Below are positions 1-13,505 of a DNA stretch of 64,000 nt, piece after piece. Under the pieces are notes generated by a model. That model ran no database searches and was not told the DNA's origin. It was given only the letters and a program-made list of their open reading frames with translations. This DNA is from Octopus sinensis (Eukaryota): positions 12,399,360 to 12,463,359 of the forward strand of contig NC_043019.1 in NCBI RefSeq assembly GCF_006345805.1, given 5' to 3'. The first letter of the stretch is position 1, and the number at the start of each line of letters is the position of its first letter. A program made the position numbers and the translations under genes.

Positions 1-1480
1 AAGTGTGACTATCAGTCTGTATGTTCTGTTTGTCACTTGAAACTGGCCCCTAGTTCTCCTAGTTCTATGATAAAAATTCCGTTTTGAAGTGAGCTAAATT
101 CAAACTTCCATCAAAATTTCTTGTTGATTTATATTCTAAACACTAGATAAATAACAAGTTATTTTACTAAATTCTTCATTATTTTGAAAATTAATTTAAA
201 CAAGGGCAGTATATTTCGATAGGAATATGGTAACAAAAGGGTTTAGTTGATCTCAGCTGAAACTCTCCATCAAAATTTCATGTTGATTTATATTTTAAAC
301 AACAGATAAATAATGACAGTTATTTTACTAAATATCTTTGTTATTTTAAAAATTAATTTAAACGGGTAGTGTATTATTTCGATAGAAATATGGTAACAGA
401 AGGGTTGGGTTAATCTCAGCTAAAACCTTGCATGAGAATTTCATGTTTGTTTTTGTTTCTTTTTATATAAATGTTCCAAATAGCACCTGGTTTGTAACGA
501 CAAAGTTGTTTAAATAGATACTTCAATATTTTCGAAATTTATTGAAGAAAAGTTAAGAGTTTTTTCAACAGAAATATGGTGACAAAAGGGTTAATGACCA
601 ACAGGTTATGAAGCCAGATGTTGGCAGCCGTGGAGGAGGTGGTGGTGCCGTTAGTGTAGATCTTAAGATGTGAGGCACAGTGTTCAAATGCGTGGTAGCA
701 TTGACTGAAAGGACATTCACCTGAGGAGATTGAAGTTAAATGGTATTTGTATTAGTGGTAGAAGTAGAAATAGTTGTGGTGATGGTAGCAGTGAAGGTAA
801 CAGTTGCAAATCTCATTTAGTATTACTATTTAGTGTAAACTAACTCGAGGCTACTAAACTAACTAATGTGAAATGGTGGTGGTGGCGGTGGTGGCGGTGG
901 TGATGCTTGGTTTGTTTAAACACATGGTGAATATAATTTGCTTTATAGTTATCAACCTTTTCAGAAAGTATAGACAAAGCATATTGGTGGTGGTAGTAGC
1001 AGTGATGATGATAGCATGTGATGCAATGTTTATATTTATATATACACACATCATCATCATCATCATCATCATTCAACGTTCACTTTCCTTGCTGGCATGG
1101 GATGGACGGTTTGACTGCAGCTTGCAAGCCAGAGAGCTCCACCAGATTCCAGTCAGATTTGGCTTGGTTTCTGCAGCTGGATGCCCTTCCTAATACCAAC
1201 TACTTTACAGTGTGTGCTGGGTGCTTCTAATGTGCCACTAGCCTGAGCTCTTTTTCTGTGGCACTGGCACACAAGTGCTTTCTATGTGACACCGGCACAG
1301 GACTCTTGCAAGCCGATCCTCTTCACCAGAGGAGATATATATATATATATATATATATATAGGGGATGTACTTACATAGCAAGTGACCTGATCTGAGTTC
1401 GTGTGCTGGAATGAAGACAATTGCAGCGTAGAAGGTGTTTATAAGCCATTTAAGAAACACAAAAACCGTTAGATTCACTT

Positions 1481-1525
1481 GTCAAAATATTTTCGTCGCT
1501 TTGAGACTGCGACCTGTTCACTGAC
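1481..1525 (-). ncRNA. Minimal type-I hammerhead-like motif, G3:C8 core variant
   Basis: GUCA-GUGAACA-G-GUCGC(9 nt)GCGAC-GAAA-AUAU-U-U-UGAC. Confidence 0.45.
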
Positions 1526-1860
1526 TCACACATACATATATGTGGATATGTATATATGTACAGGCATGGTTGCATATATATATGTGTGCATCTATTGGCA
1601 TATGTGTGGGTGTGCATGTGTGTGTTCCATGCGAGTGTGAGTGAGCATATGCATATAGGCACATATGCGTGGGTGTGTGTGAATGCATGTGTACATATGT
1701 ACATACGCAATTGTTATGAGCATTTTTACTTCCTCCCCTTCGTTTTTTTCCCCCTTATTTAACGGTCATTCTAATTGCTCTTTTGTCTTAATAACGGTCA
1801 ATTACATCGTAATTTCCCTTAGTTTAACGGTCATTTTCATAGCATAATTTGATTCCCTCG

Positions 1861-1919
1861 ATAACTGAAGAGGTGCTGGTGCAGCTTTCTGTCCTGACAT
1901 CCGAAACTCTGAGTTTTAT
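1861..1919 (+). ncRNA. Minimal type-I hammerhead ribozyme motif
   Basis: AUAA-CUGAAGA-GGUG...CAUCC-GAAA-CUC-U-GAG-U-U-UUAU; canonical core, GUU cleavage triplet. Confidence 0.6.
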
Positions 1920-2619
1920 TATGGTTATTATGGCAACCGAATAACTTTCACATATTATATTACAGATATATATATAATATATATATACATACATACATAC
2001 ATACATACATACATAAACATCATTCAACATTCACTTTCCATGCTGGCATGGGATGGACGGTTTGACTGCAGCTTGCAAGCCAGAGAGCTGCACCAGATTC
2101 CAGTCAGATTTGGCTTGGTTTCTGCAGCTGGATGCCCTTCCTAACGCCAACCACTCTGTGAGTGTAGTGGGTGCTTTTTACATACCACCGGCATAGGCAT
2201 GCCACCGATACATACATGCATACATACATCCACTTCTTAATTTGAGCGGAGGCAATGTGAGCAGGAACTAAAGGAACATTACTAAGATCCACACACAAAG
2301 ATCAAATCCACACATATATTCATATATTCTTTTTTACCTACAGAATGGATATAAAATTCGACATATATAAATATAATAATATATGTAAATTGATTAAAAA
2401 CCATATAATATATATAAATATATATAAGAATCAGTGTTACATACAAAACACAGTGAATTTACGCTTAAAGTTATAAAACATTGGTAAATTAAAAATCTGG
2501 GATAATAAAACATAAAAAGGACTTATTAAACTGACGTATTAGAATTCCAGAAAAATGCAAAAATTACAAATTCTTTCATTTTGGAGACATGCCCATTAAT
2601 ATGATACACATACATACAT

Positions 2620-2656
<37 letters not shown>

Positions 2657-2674
2657 CATACATACATACATATA

Positions 2675-2724
<50 letters not shown>

Positions 2725-2908
2725 TATACACACATACATACACACACACAGACACACCACATATAGGTTGGCTAGTTTGACAGGAGCTGGTAAGCTGGTG
2801 GGACTGCACCTAACTCCGGCAATCTGTTTTGGCACGGTTTTTACTGCTGGAATGCTCTTCTTAACTCCAACCTCTTTACATTTTGTACTGGGGGCTTTTT
2901 ATGTGGTG

Positions 2909-2970
<62 letters not shown>

Positions 2971-3032
2971 AAAAATTATACAAAATGTATAAATAGATAA
3001 GCACCAGCTCAATTTAGGTTACCTGTTGTTAT

Positions 3033-3075
<43 letters not shown>

Positions 3076-3731
3076 GAGAGAGAGAGAGAGAGAGATGCAG
3101 GCACAGATTGGCTGTGTGGTTAAAAATTGCTTCCCAATTCTAAGGTTTTGGATTCAGTTCCACTGCTCAACACCTTGGGTTTCTTCTATTACAGTATTGG
3201 GTTAGCCAAAGCCTTCTGAGTGGGTTTGGTGAATGGAAACTGTAAGTAGCCTATTGTGTGTGTGTGTGTCCGTGTCCATCTTGTCTTGTCATCATGTGAT
3301 AGTTGTGAATGAGTGTCAATGACACAAACTGTACCATTAGTTTCCAAAATGTATGACCATAGGGGAAATGTTACCTTGCTTGGCTACAGTTGAGTGTTGG
3401 CAGCAGGAAGAGCATCCAGCTGTAGAAAGTCTGCCTAAGTAAATTCTGTGTGACCCAAGCTAGCATGGAAAAGTAGGCATTAAAATGATATATACACACA
3501 TACACACACACATGTATACGTAAATGTACACATACGCATACATGAGGTGTGGCTGTGTGGTATGAAGCTTGCTTCCCAACCACATGGGTCCGGGTTCAGT
3601 CCCACTGCATGGCACCTTGAGCAAGGGTCTTCTACTATAGCATCAGGCGAACCTAAGCCTTGTGAGTGGATTTGGTTGTCGGAAAATGAAAGAAGCCCAT
3701 CCTATAGATATATATATATATATACACATAC

Positions 3732-3799
<68 letters not shown>

Positions 3800-4799
3800 C
3801 GTAAAAAGCACCCACTACACTCTCGGAGTGGTTGGCGTTAGGAAGGGCATCCAGCTGTAGAAACACTGCCAGATCAGACTGGGCCTGGTGCAGCCTTCTG
3901 GCTTCCCAGACCCCAGTTGAACCGTCCAACCCATGCTAGCATGGAAAGCGGACGTTAAATGATGATGATATATATATATATGTATGTATGTATTTATGTA
4001 TGTGTCTGTCCCCCTCCCCCATCATCACTTGACAATTGGTGTTAGTGTGTTTACATCCTTGTAAAGAGTCCAGTAGAATAAGTACTAGGCTTTGGTCGGC
4101 CTCGTGTTATAGTGGAAGACACTTGCCCAAGGTGTCATACAGTGGGACTGAACTCAGAACCATGTGATTTGGCAGGGAAATTTCTTAGCAGAACATCTGC
4201 CGCAGTATCGTTTGGCTCAAAGTTAACTTCACGGCCATCAAGAAACAATACCGAGGTGGAACAGGGTTATGATGATGACGATGATGATGATGATTATTGA
4301 TTGATTATAACTTACAGTAGTGATGGTGATGATGATGCAGCGGAGGCTGTGGTCTATATTGTTCATTGACAAACTAACTAACTTCTAGGCCATTAACCTT
4401 TGCCAGAGTGAGAACTGAACAAGAGGAGTAGTAGGAGGAGAGCGATGATGAGAGTGGTAGGAGTGGTTACACTGCTTGCAGCAGTAGATGGTGAAGGTTG
4501 ATTTTTTTTTTTTTTTGGTGAGTGATTTGGCTGCTATTTCGTGCAATCTAGATGACCACATAGAAGCTCCCCCCCCCCAAGCAGGGCATGAAGGAATCTG
4601 CAGAGTTACTTGGCTGTTGTTTTTGTTGTTGTTTAGCCCCAGGTTAACCCGAATAGAGTAGATGTATGAGCTATGGTCAAAGTCATTCCTCCGATGACCT
4701 CTCCATCTTTTTAGGGGTGTGTCATTTTCAGTATCTCAAGTTGTCATTCAAGATAATTGGATGCAATTTAAGGGAGACTCTAGCATTATTTTATAGTCA

Positions 4800-5340
4800 C
4801 CACAGATGATGTGATTTGAGAAATTTGGTTGCTATTTCTAGCAGGTTAAGTGATCACAGTGTATGGTTTGAAAGATTTGGTTGCTATTTCTTCCAAATCA
4901 AGTGATCACAGAGTGTAAATTGAGAGATTTGGTTTCTATTTCTATCAGATCAAGTGGTCACAGAGAATTTGATTTGAGAGATTTGGTTGCTATTTCTAGC
5001 AGGTTAAGTGATCACAGAGAATTTGATTTGAGATTTGGTTGCTATTTTTAGCGGGTTAAGTGATCACAGTGTATGATTTGAGAGATTTGGTTGCTATTAC
5101 TAGCAGGCCGAGTTACCCCATAGAGGGTGTGATGTGAGAAATTTGACTGCTGTTTCTGGCAAGTCATGTGATCACACAGGGTATGATTCAAGGGATTTGG
5201 TTCTTATTTCTACCAGGAGTTACTCCACAGAGTATATGATGTGAGAGATTTGACTGCTCTTTCTAGCAGGTCAGTTGACCACACAGGATGTAATTTGAGA
5301 GATTTGGCTTCTATTTCAAGCAGGTTGGGTGACCATGTAG
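4800..5340. repeat. Degenerate minisatellite, about 50-bp unit, about 10 copies
   Basis: Recurring GAGAGATTTGGTTGCTATTTCTAGCAGGTTAAGTGATCACAG. Confidence 0.85.
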
Positions 5341-5510
5341 ATGCTCCCTCAAACTGGGTGGCCAAATCTGTAGGGTTACCTGATTGTCACCTTTGTCATT
5401 GTTTTTATTGTTGTTGTTTAGCCCTAGGCCGATCCTAATTGAGTAGATCTGTGATGATCATAGTCATTTCAGCCATGACCAACCTGTCAGGAGTATATCT
5501 TGGCACTATG

Positions 5511-5561
<51 letters not shown>

Positions 5562-6779
5562 TACACATAGGTGCAGGAGTGGCTGTGTGGTAAGTAGCTT
5601 GCTTACCAACCACATGGTTCTGGGTTCATTCCCACTGTGTGGTACCTTGGGCCTGTCATATGTATATGTGTGTATATCTGTTCCCCCACCATCGCTTGAC
5701 AACCGATGCTGGTGTGTTTATGTCCCCGTAATAAGCCTAGTACTTATTCTATCAGTCTCTTTTGCCAGACCGCTAATTATGGGGACGTAAACACACCATC
5801 ATCGGTTCTCAAGCGATGTTGCGGGGGCAAACACAGACACTCAAACACTCACACACATATATACGATGAGCTTCTTTCAGTTTCCGTCTACCAAATAAAC
5901 TCACAAGGCTTTGGTCGGCCCAAGGCTATAGTAGAAGACACTCGCCCAAGGTGCCACGCAGTGGGACTGAACTCGGAACTATGTGGTTGGTAAGCAAGCT
6001 ACTTACCACTCAGCCAGTGGAATATTTGGGTCTGCTATGGCCTGTTTCAACATAAAACAGGTAGAATACTTGGGCCCCATGTGGTTGGTTTGAGCATAAA
6101 AACCAGGTAGAACATTTGGCTTGATATGGCTAGCTTAAATGCTAAAAGGTGAAGGCAGACTGGGCTGCTATTTCTAGCTGCTCGTGTAGCTACGCAAAGA
6201 GTTGTTTTATTGACTCAGTGACTGACTTAGTGGCGGTGGTGATGATGGTGATGACGGTTGTGTCAGTGCAGGCATAGTTGAGATTTGTGTTGTTTAATGA
6301 TCGGGAAAGAACTAATTTCATGGCCAAGCCATCGATCTGACCAAGGTGAAGTGGTGTAAGCTGCAGCGATGGTGGTAGTGGATGGTGTTGATGGTGGTGG
6401 TAGGTGCTACAGCAGTTTCATGGGATTAGCCTTGAGGCAGCTGGCTGAGATCTTTAAAGTATTCAAAGTAAAAAAAAACTTACAGCTGCTGGGCTACCAA
6501 GTAAAACGTGTGTATATATGTGTGCATGTGTACGTGTGTAGAAGGGGAGGGGGAGGTGCAGAAGCTTTAAAGCCAACCATTTACAGTTACTAAGTTTAAT
6601 TAGTCTTCCAGCAGGTCGGAACCAAGAAGGTTGTCTTAGCTTTTTTTACCTTTTTTACTTTTAATTTTCACGTTTACAAAAGACAAAAACTTACTTTCTG
6701 TTCTGTAACAACATCTCTTCACTATCACTACCTTTTTTTGCACACTTACATTTATTTATTTATATATATGTATATATAT

Positions 6780-7570
6780 ATAAATGTATGTGCATTTATA
6801 TTTATATATATGTGTGTGTATATGTATAAATGTATGTGCGTTTATGTATATTTATATGTGTGTGTGTATATGTATAAATGTATGTGCGTTTATGTATATT
6901 TATATGTGTGTGTGTATATATATGTATATGCATGTGTATTTATATATTTATATGTATGTGCATATGTGTGTATATATATATATATGTATAGGCATGTGTA
7001 TTTATATATTTATATGTATGTGCATATGTGTGTATATATATGTATAGGCATGTGTATTTATATATTTATATGTATGTGCATATGTGTGTATATATATATA
7101 TGTATATGCATGTGTATTTATATATTTATATGTATGTGCATATGTGTGTATATATATATATGTATATGCATGTGTATTTATATATTTATATGTATGTGCA
7201 TATGTGTGTATATATATATATGTATATGCATGTGTATTTATATATTTATATGTATGTGCATATGTGTGTATATATATATATATGTATATGCATGTGTATT
7301 TATATATATATGTATGTGCATATGTGTGTATATATATATATGTATATGCATGTGTATTTATATATTTATATGTATGTGCATATGTGTGTATATATATGTA
7401 TAGGCATGTGTATTTATATATTTATATGTATGTGCATATGTGTGTATATATATATATATATGTATATGCATGTGTATTTATATATTTATATGTATGTGCA
7501 TATGTGTGTATATATATATGTATATGCATGTGTATTTATATATATATGTATGTGCATATGTGTGTATATA
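6780..7570. repeat. About 60-bp minisatellite built from TA/TG repeats
   Basis: Repeated ATGTATATGCATGTGTATTTATATATTTATATGTATGTGCATATGTGTGTATATAT. Confidence 0.9.
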
Positions 7571-7624
7571 TGTATATATCTATACGCATGCATATGTGTC
7601 TACATGCATACATTTATGCACATT

Positions 7625-7659
<35 letters not shown>

Positions 7660-7666
7660 TATATGC

Positions 7667-7722
<56 letters not shown>

Positions 7723-7843
7723 ATATATATTTATGTGTGTATGTATATGCATGTGTATTTATATATATGTATATAAATATATATATGCATGCATGTGTAT
7801 ATGTGCCTACATGCATATATTTATGCACGTGTGTATGTATGTA

Positions 7844-7878
<35 letters not shown>

Positions 7879-8166
7879 GCATTTATGTACATGAGTGTGT
7901 GTATGTGTGTAATATACTTATGTTTTCTGTTAGGTTTTGTTACTGTTATTTTTGTTCCCTTTTTTTCTTTTGATGCAGGTTGGGACAGGGGTCTTTTGGG
8001 GTTGCTTTTACTTGTTGATACTCAGCTTCTGGTCATCCCGCCACGAATCCTTTTGCTCTTAAAATCAAACACATTCTGGCGATAACCACTGTCTGTCTGT
8101 CTGTCTGTCTCTGTCTCTTTGTTGAAAATTATGTTGCTCTTCCTTTTTCATATAAGTTGTTCTTCC

Positions 8167-8210
<44 letters not shown>

Positions 8211-10195
8211 TAAGCTAGCAGGAAAATTTGGCTGCTATTTCTAGCAAATAGATTGCCCATGTAGAAGCTCTTCTGTCGACGTGTTCCTTGTACCCACCTC
8301 CCACATCACTGTGATACTTTGCTTAACTCTTTCGATACCACCCTGTCCAAAGACTGCCCCCCCCCTAACTCTATAATACAAAACTTTTGTTTTAAAGCAA
8401 TCTAAATTAAAACCTCTCATCAAAATTCCATGTTTGTTTATGTCCCAAACAACAGATTAATAAAGACAAAGTTGTTTTACTAAATTCATTATTAGTTTCA
8501 AAATTAATCAGGTGGTGGTGGTGGTCATGGGGAATGGCAGGGAACAAAAGTGTTAAAGTTTGGCTGTTTACAGATGCTTTTTTTGTTTCTCTCTCTGACT
8601 TGGTCAAGTTCAGTATTCTGCTAAAACCACCACCACCACCACCAACAACAACTAATATATACATAGACAACCAGATGTTGTCGTTTAGCCCTTGGCCAGC
8701 TATGATCCAGCAGACCTATTATTAAAGTTGTTCCAGCTGGGATCCTCCTGTGTTTGTTTGTGTGTATGCTAGAAGGCTTGCTCTTCCTTCCGTAGAAGAA
8801 AAAATTCAAATTGGACCATGTTAACACCAAAAATTATTTACATCAAAAAGGTGCTTTTTTTTCTATGAAAATCCCTATTTTTTACGATTTTTTTACTGCT
8901 GTGTTGTCATTTTTCGGTGTATTTCAACCAGAAAAATGTTCACTTAAAGAGAATAACAAGCTACATAATGCATAATTTTTACTTTTCAAAAATTCCTATT
9001 CTAAAGGGTCGAAACAAACCCGAGTAATGCCGGGTGATACTGCTAGTATCTTATAAGCTTAAAGCTGATAAGTGATCACTGTGTAAATGGTAGCACACTG
9101 ATTGGTAAAACACAGGGGTGTAGGTTCGAGTCCTATGCATACCAATGAAACACTGGTGTTGATGTAATCAACTTGTCCCCTCTCCCAACATTTCGGGCCT
9201 TGTGCCTTTAGTAGAAAGTATTATTATTAATGAGGGGGTGAGCTGGCAGGACCATTAGCATGCCGGGCAAAATACCTATCAGCATTTCACCCATCCTTAT
9301 GTTCATCATCATCCTTTAACGTCCGTTTTCCATGCTAGCACGGGTTGGACGGTTCGACTGGGGTCTGGGAAGCGAGGTGACTGCACCAGGCTCCATTCTG
9401 ATCTTGCAGTGTTTCTACAGCTGGATGTCTTTCCTAATGCCAACCACTCTGTGAGTGTAGTGGGTGCTTTTTACGTGCCACCGGTACGGAATCCAGTCAA
9501 GGTGGCGCTGGCATTGGTCACCTTTTGATTGTTGCTTTTTACGTGCCACTGGCACGGGTATTACAACTAAAATTTCCATTTGATTTTTATTTTGATGTTG
9601 ATGTACTTGACTCAATATGTCTCCTCAAGCACTGAGGTAAGCACAGCAGGCCGTCCTGCAATCCAAGGTACTTTGGATGGGGTGGAGCTATGCGAAACTG
9701 GTGCAGGAAACAGCCATGAACTCACATTATTTGTTGGGTCTTCGCAGTCACAGCATATCTCCAGAGGTCTCAGTCTTTTGTCATTGCCTCTGTGAGGCCC
9801 AACGTTCAACGATCATGCTTTACCACCTCATCCCATGTCTTCCTTCCGCCATGGTTGACTTTGCCTTTCATCCCTTTTGGGGTTGATAAAATACGTTCCA
9901 GTAGAGTCCTGGGGTCGATGTAATTGCCCCACCCGCTCCCAAATTCAGGCCTTGTGCCTATAGTGGAAAGAATTATTATTTTTAACTTGGTGTTTTGAAC
10001 ATAACTAACATTGAAGAGAGAAGGTTTTAGTTTAAATCACTTTAAAAAAAGTAAGTTTGTACCAAAGTACCAGAGGTAGCCTAGGGCTGATTGCTATCAA
10101 AATGGTTAATGATGTTTTTCTCTCTCTATATGTATATATGTATATTTTCAAAAATATTAGTGGTAATTCAATTGTTGTTTTTCTTGTTGTTGTAG

Positions 10196-10299
10196 GCTGT
10201 GGACATTGTTGTCACTTAAGCTGTCAGAACGGTGTGATAGAAAAAGCAGTTTGTAGCCGAGAACAGGCTCCCCATGTGTCACCTCCTGATGAATGTGTG
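10196..10299 (+). CDS. PIK3R1: p85-like exon: C-terminal half of first C1 zinc finger ([19 protein letters not shown]...)
   Basis: TGTAG acceptor, GTAAGT donor, phase 1 to 0; in frame with the SAM exon. Confidence 0.75.
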
Positions 10300-10321
10300 G
10301 TAAGTCTTTTTTTTATTGGCA

Positions 10322-10372
<51 letters not shown>

Positions 10373-13300
10373 TATTTATTTATTTGTTTATTTATTTAAT
10401 GACTTTTTTTTTGTTTCAGAGTCTAGAGAAGTGGACAGTAACTAACGTTTCTGATTGGATGGCAGCCCTCAATCTTTATCGTTATGCTGAATTGTTTAGG
10501 GATAAAAACATTAATGGTATGGAACTAAAGAATATAGATGAAGAAAAATTGATGGTTTGTTACAGAATTTATTTCTCTTTTTTTTTTCTTTCCTCTTTTA
10601 CTCTTTTTGTTATCCTTGTTTTTGTAGGATTTTTTCTTTGTTTTGATATGCGATTTTGTCCAAGACAAGGTTTGAGGCCACTGTTGCATAAGGGACCACT
10701 AAGAAGGGAAAAAAAAGGGCCTACAAATTCCAAAGATGTTGATAAACAGAAAACTTGAAGGACTAAATATTGAAGTCTAGAGCAGTGGTTCTCTCAACTG
10801 GGGTCCACATGGCCCTGGGGGTGGGGGTCCTTGTAAGATTTTACTGTTAAAATTCACCTGCAAGAAATTGGTTATACTTCTCCAATACACAAACTAGTTA
10901 AAATTTATTTTTTTTTATACAATTTCTAATAATTATCATCATCATCATTTAATATCTGCTCTTCATGCTGGCATGTGTTTGGATGATATCATATGGAGCT
11001 GGCTAGCTGGGAGCTGTCCAGACTCCGACTGTCTGTTGCGGCATGGTTTCTATGGCTGGATGCCCTTCCTAACACCAACCATTTAACAGAGTGTGCTGCT
11101 TAAGCAATTATTTTCATCCCTTACGATCATCCTTAATTTTCTCTCTCTCTCTCTCACACACATATGCCGTTCAAGAATTTGGACCTGGAGATCTCCATTT
11201 CCAGCGACTTCGAGGGCCACCTCCCAGTAATGTCGGGCGTCAACAAAGAGTCCTCGACTACAACAAGACGACCAAAATTTTTTTTTTTATCCTAAGGTCT
11301 GCGGTCTCCTGCCCCTAAGCCCTAGACCATCACCTAATCACCCTTACCCGTCTTGTTGCTTAACAACAACAACAACACACACATTGAAACCCTTTAATCA
11401 TTTTCTCATTTCCAAAACCCAGCTTTTGCCAAACCATACCATCTTAGCATCTATCGAGTCATTTAACCACTGCTTTATCTTGACCACCCACCATCCCTAT
11501 ACATGCTAAGCAACACATCCCCTGCCTCAGGCCATCATCTAAAGCTTATGGCACTTCAACCTGCTGCTGTCCAGAGCTCTGCCAACTCTACTTTATCTGT
11601 ACCTTGTGGTGTGTGCTGCGGGGGTCCACTTTGACTTAAACTCCTTCAGCTCTGGCGTACCCCAAAATTTTATTCTGTCTCCTACACTTTTCTTCCTACA
11701 TGTCATTACCTCCAATAGCTTCTTACCTTCATACAGTTGATGCTATCTTTCATGCTTCCCTAATCTTGCCCACCCATGCGTTGTGTACACGTTACCTTGG
11801 CATATCTCAACCCAAACAAAGCCTGTTTTTGAAATCTCTGCTCACGAGGCTCCCAAAGACTTGATTTTAACGTCTTTTGACACAGAAAGCCCTATAGGTC
11901 TGGTACCCAATGGTTTGGGACCACCATACTGTATACACACTTCCATACAGAGTGTTGAGTGACTGTCAGGGCATGTCGTAGCTTCGTTGGTATCCAACTT
12001 TTTCTGTATAAATGAATGTTATGATACTGGTAATAACAAACACCATCAAGGTGAACTTAGTCACCTTTGTCATGTCATCATCATCATCATCATCATCATC
12101 ATTTAGTGTCTGCTTTCCATGCTAGCATGGGTTGGACGGTTCAACTGGGGTCTGTGAAGCCAGAAGGCTGCATCAGGCCTGATCTGACAGTGTTTCTACG
12201 GCTGGATGCCCTTCCTAACGCCAACCACTCCGTGAGTGTAGTGGGTGCTTTTTACGTGCCACCCGCACAGGTGCCAGACGGAGCTGGCAAACAGCCACGG
12301 ACGGATGATGCTTTTTGCGTGCCACCGGCACGGGGGCCAGGCGAGGCTGGCAAACGGCCACGGACGGATGGTGCTTTTTACGTGCCACCAGCATGGGGGC
12401 CAGGCGAGGCTGGCAAACGGCCACGGACGGATGGTGCTTTTTACGTGCCACCAGCACGGGGGCAGGTGAGTCTGGCAACAGCCACGATCAGATGGTGCTT
12501 TTTACGTGCCACCGGCACGGGGGCCAGATGAGGCTTGCAACGGCCACGATCGGATGGTGCTTTTTACATGCCACCGGCACATATAATATTCATATCATCA
12601 TCGTCATTATTAATTTCACTGTTATTTTATTCTTGTATCATTTACAGGAGATGGGTATAAAAGATGAGTTTCATAAAAAGTCCCTTTTGGTCTGTATTGA
12701 TGAACTCTGTGAAAGGAACCCAGACCAGGTGAGTCTTAATATTTATTATTTTGCTTCACAGCATTTTACCTGTCTTGACATTCTGTCCTCAGTGAAATTT
12801 CACTGAGGTTGACTTTACCTGTCATGCTTTTGGAGTCGATAAATTAAGTACCAGTGAAATACTGGGGTTGATGTAATTGACTAGACCCCTCCCCCAGAGT
12901 TTCAAGCCTTGTGCCTTTAGTAGAAAGGATTGTTGTTGCTGCTGCAAACAGGCAAAGTTGTTAACACATCAGGCCTTCCTTGCAGTTCTTTATGTACTGG
13001 GGTCAACTTAAATGACATGCCCCCATCCCCTCTCAAAATTGTAGGCCTTGTTGCCAAAATTAGAAAAAAAAAAATCTGAGTGCTACCGGCAAAGCGTTGC
13101 TGGTCAGATTTTATAGGCATAGAATTGCTGTCAGCTGGGCCTGTCCAAGACTGTGTCCATCAAAACCATTCTCCATTCATTTGCTGAGTGTCTGGGCTTT
13201 GCTTGTTTGTGGAATTTTGTTGAACACATGGTGTGGCCTGAACAATAGGTCCTGTTATCAACCAATGTCACTGTGAAGATGATCCCAGTTGCCTTCCTTC

Positions 13301-13466
13301 AACTGGAAGGGGCAGGCTGTTTTCTTCTGTCTGATGTCTGCTGAGGTCGACTTTGCCTTTCATCCTTTTCGGGGTCAATAAATTAAGTACCAGCTGAACA
13401 CTGAGGTTGATCTAATCAAGTGGTCCTCTACCCGCCAAATTTCAGGCCTTGTGTAGGAAAGATTAC

Positions 13467-13505
<39 letters not shown>

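Noticed and set aside
590-725. Exon-like stretch on minus (GECPFSQCYHAFEHC... or ...APPPPPRLP...)
   Set aside because: There is an acceptor, but no good donor and no recognisable homology.
4800-5340. CRISPR-like periodicity
   Set aside because: Whole units are degenerate copies with no unique spacers, there are no cas genes, and the context is eukaryotic.
6738-7973. Long Y/I/C/V/M-rich ORFs (also at 41973-43650 and 59100-60160)
   Set aside because: Translations of TA/TG microsatellites.
7979-8020. Kinase P-loop-like LGQGSFGVA after an acceptor-like site
   Set aside because: A stop follows within four codons and no other kinase motifs are nearby.
11167-11270. ORF-like sequence shared with 55644-55747
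   Set aside because: A dispersed repeat of unknown class, not a host gene.
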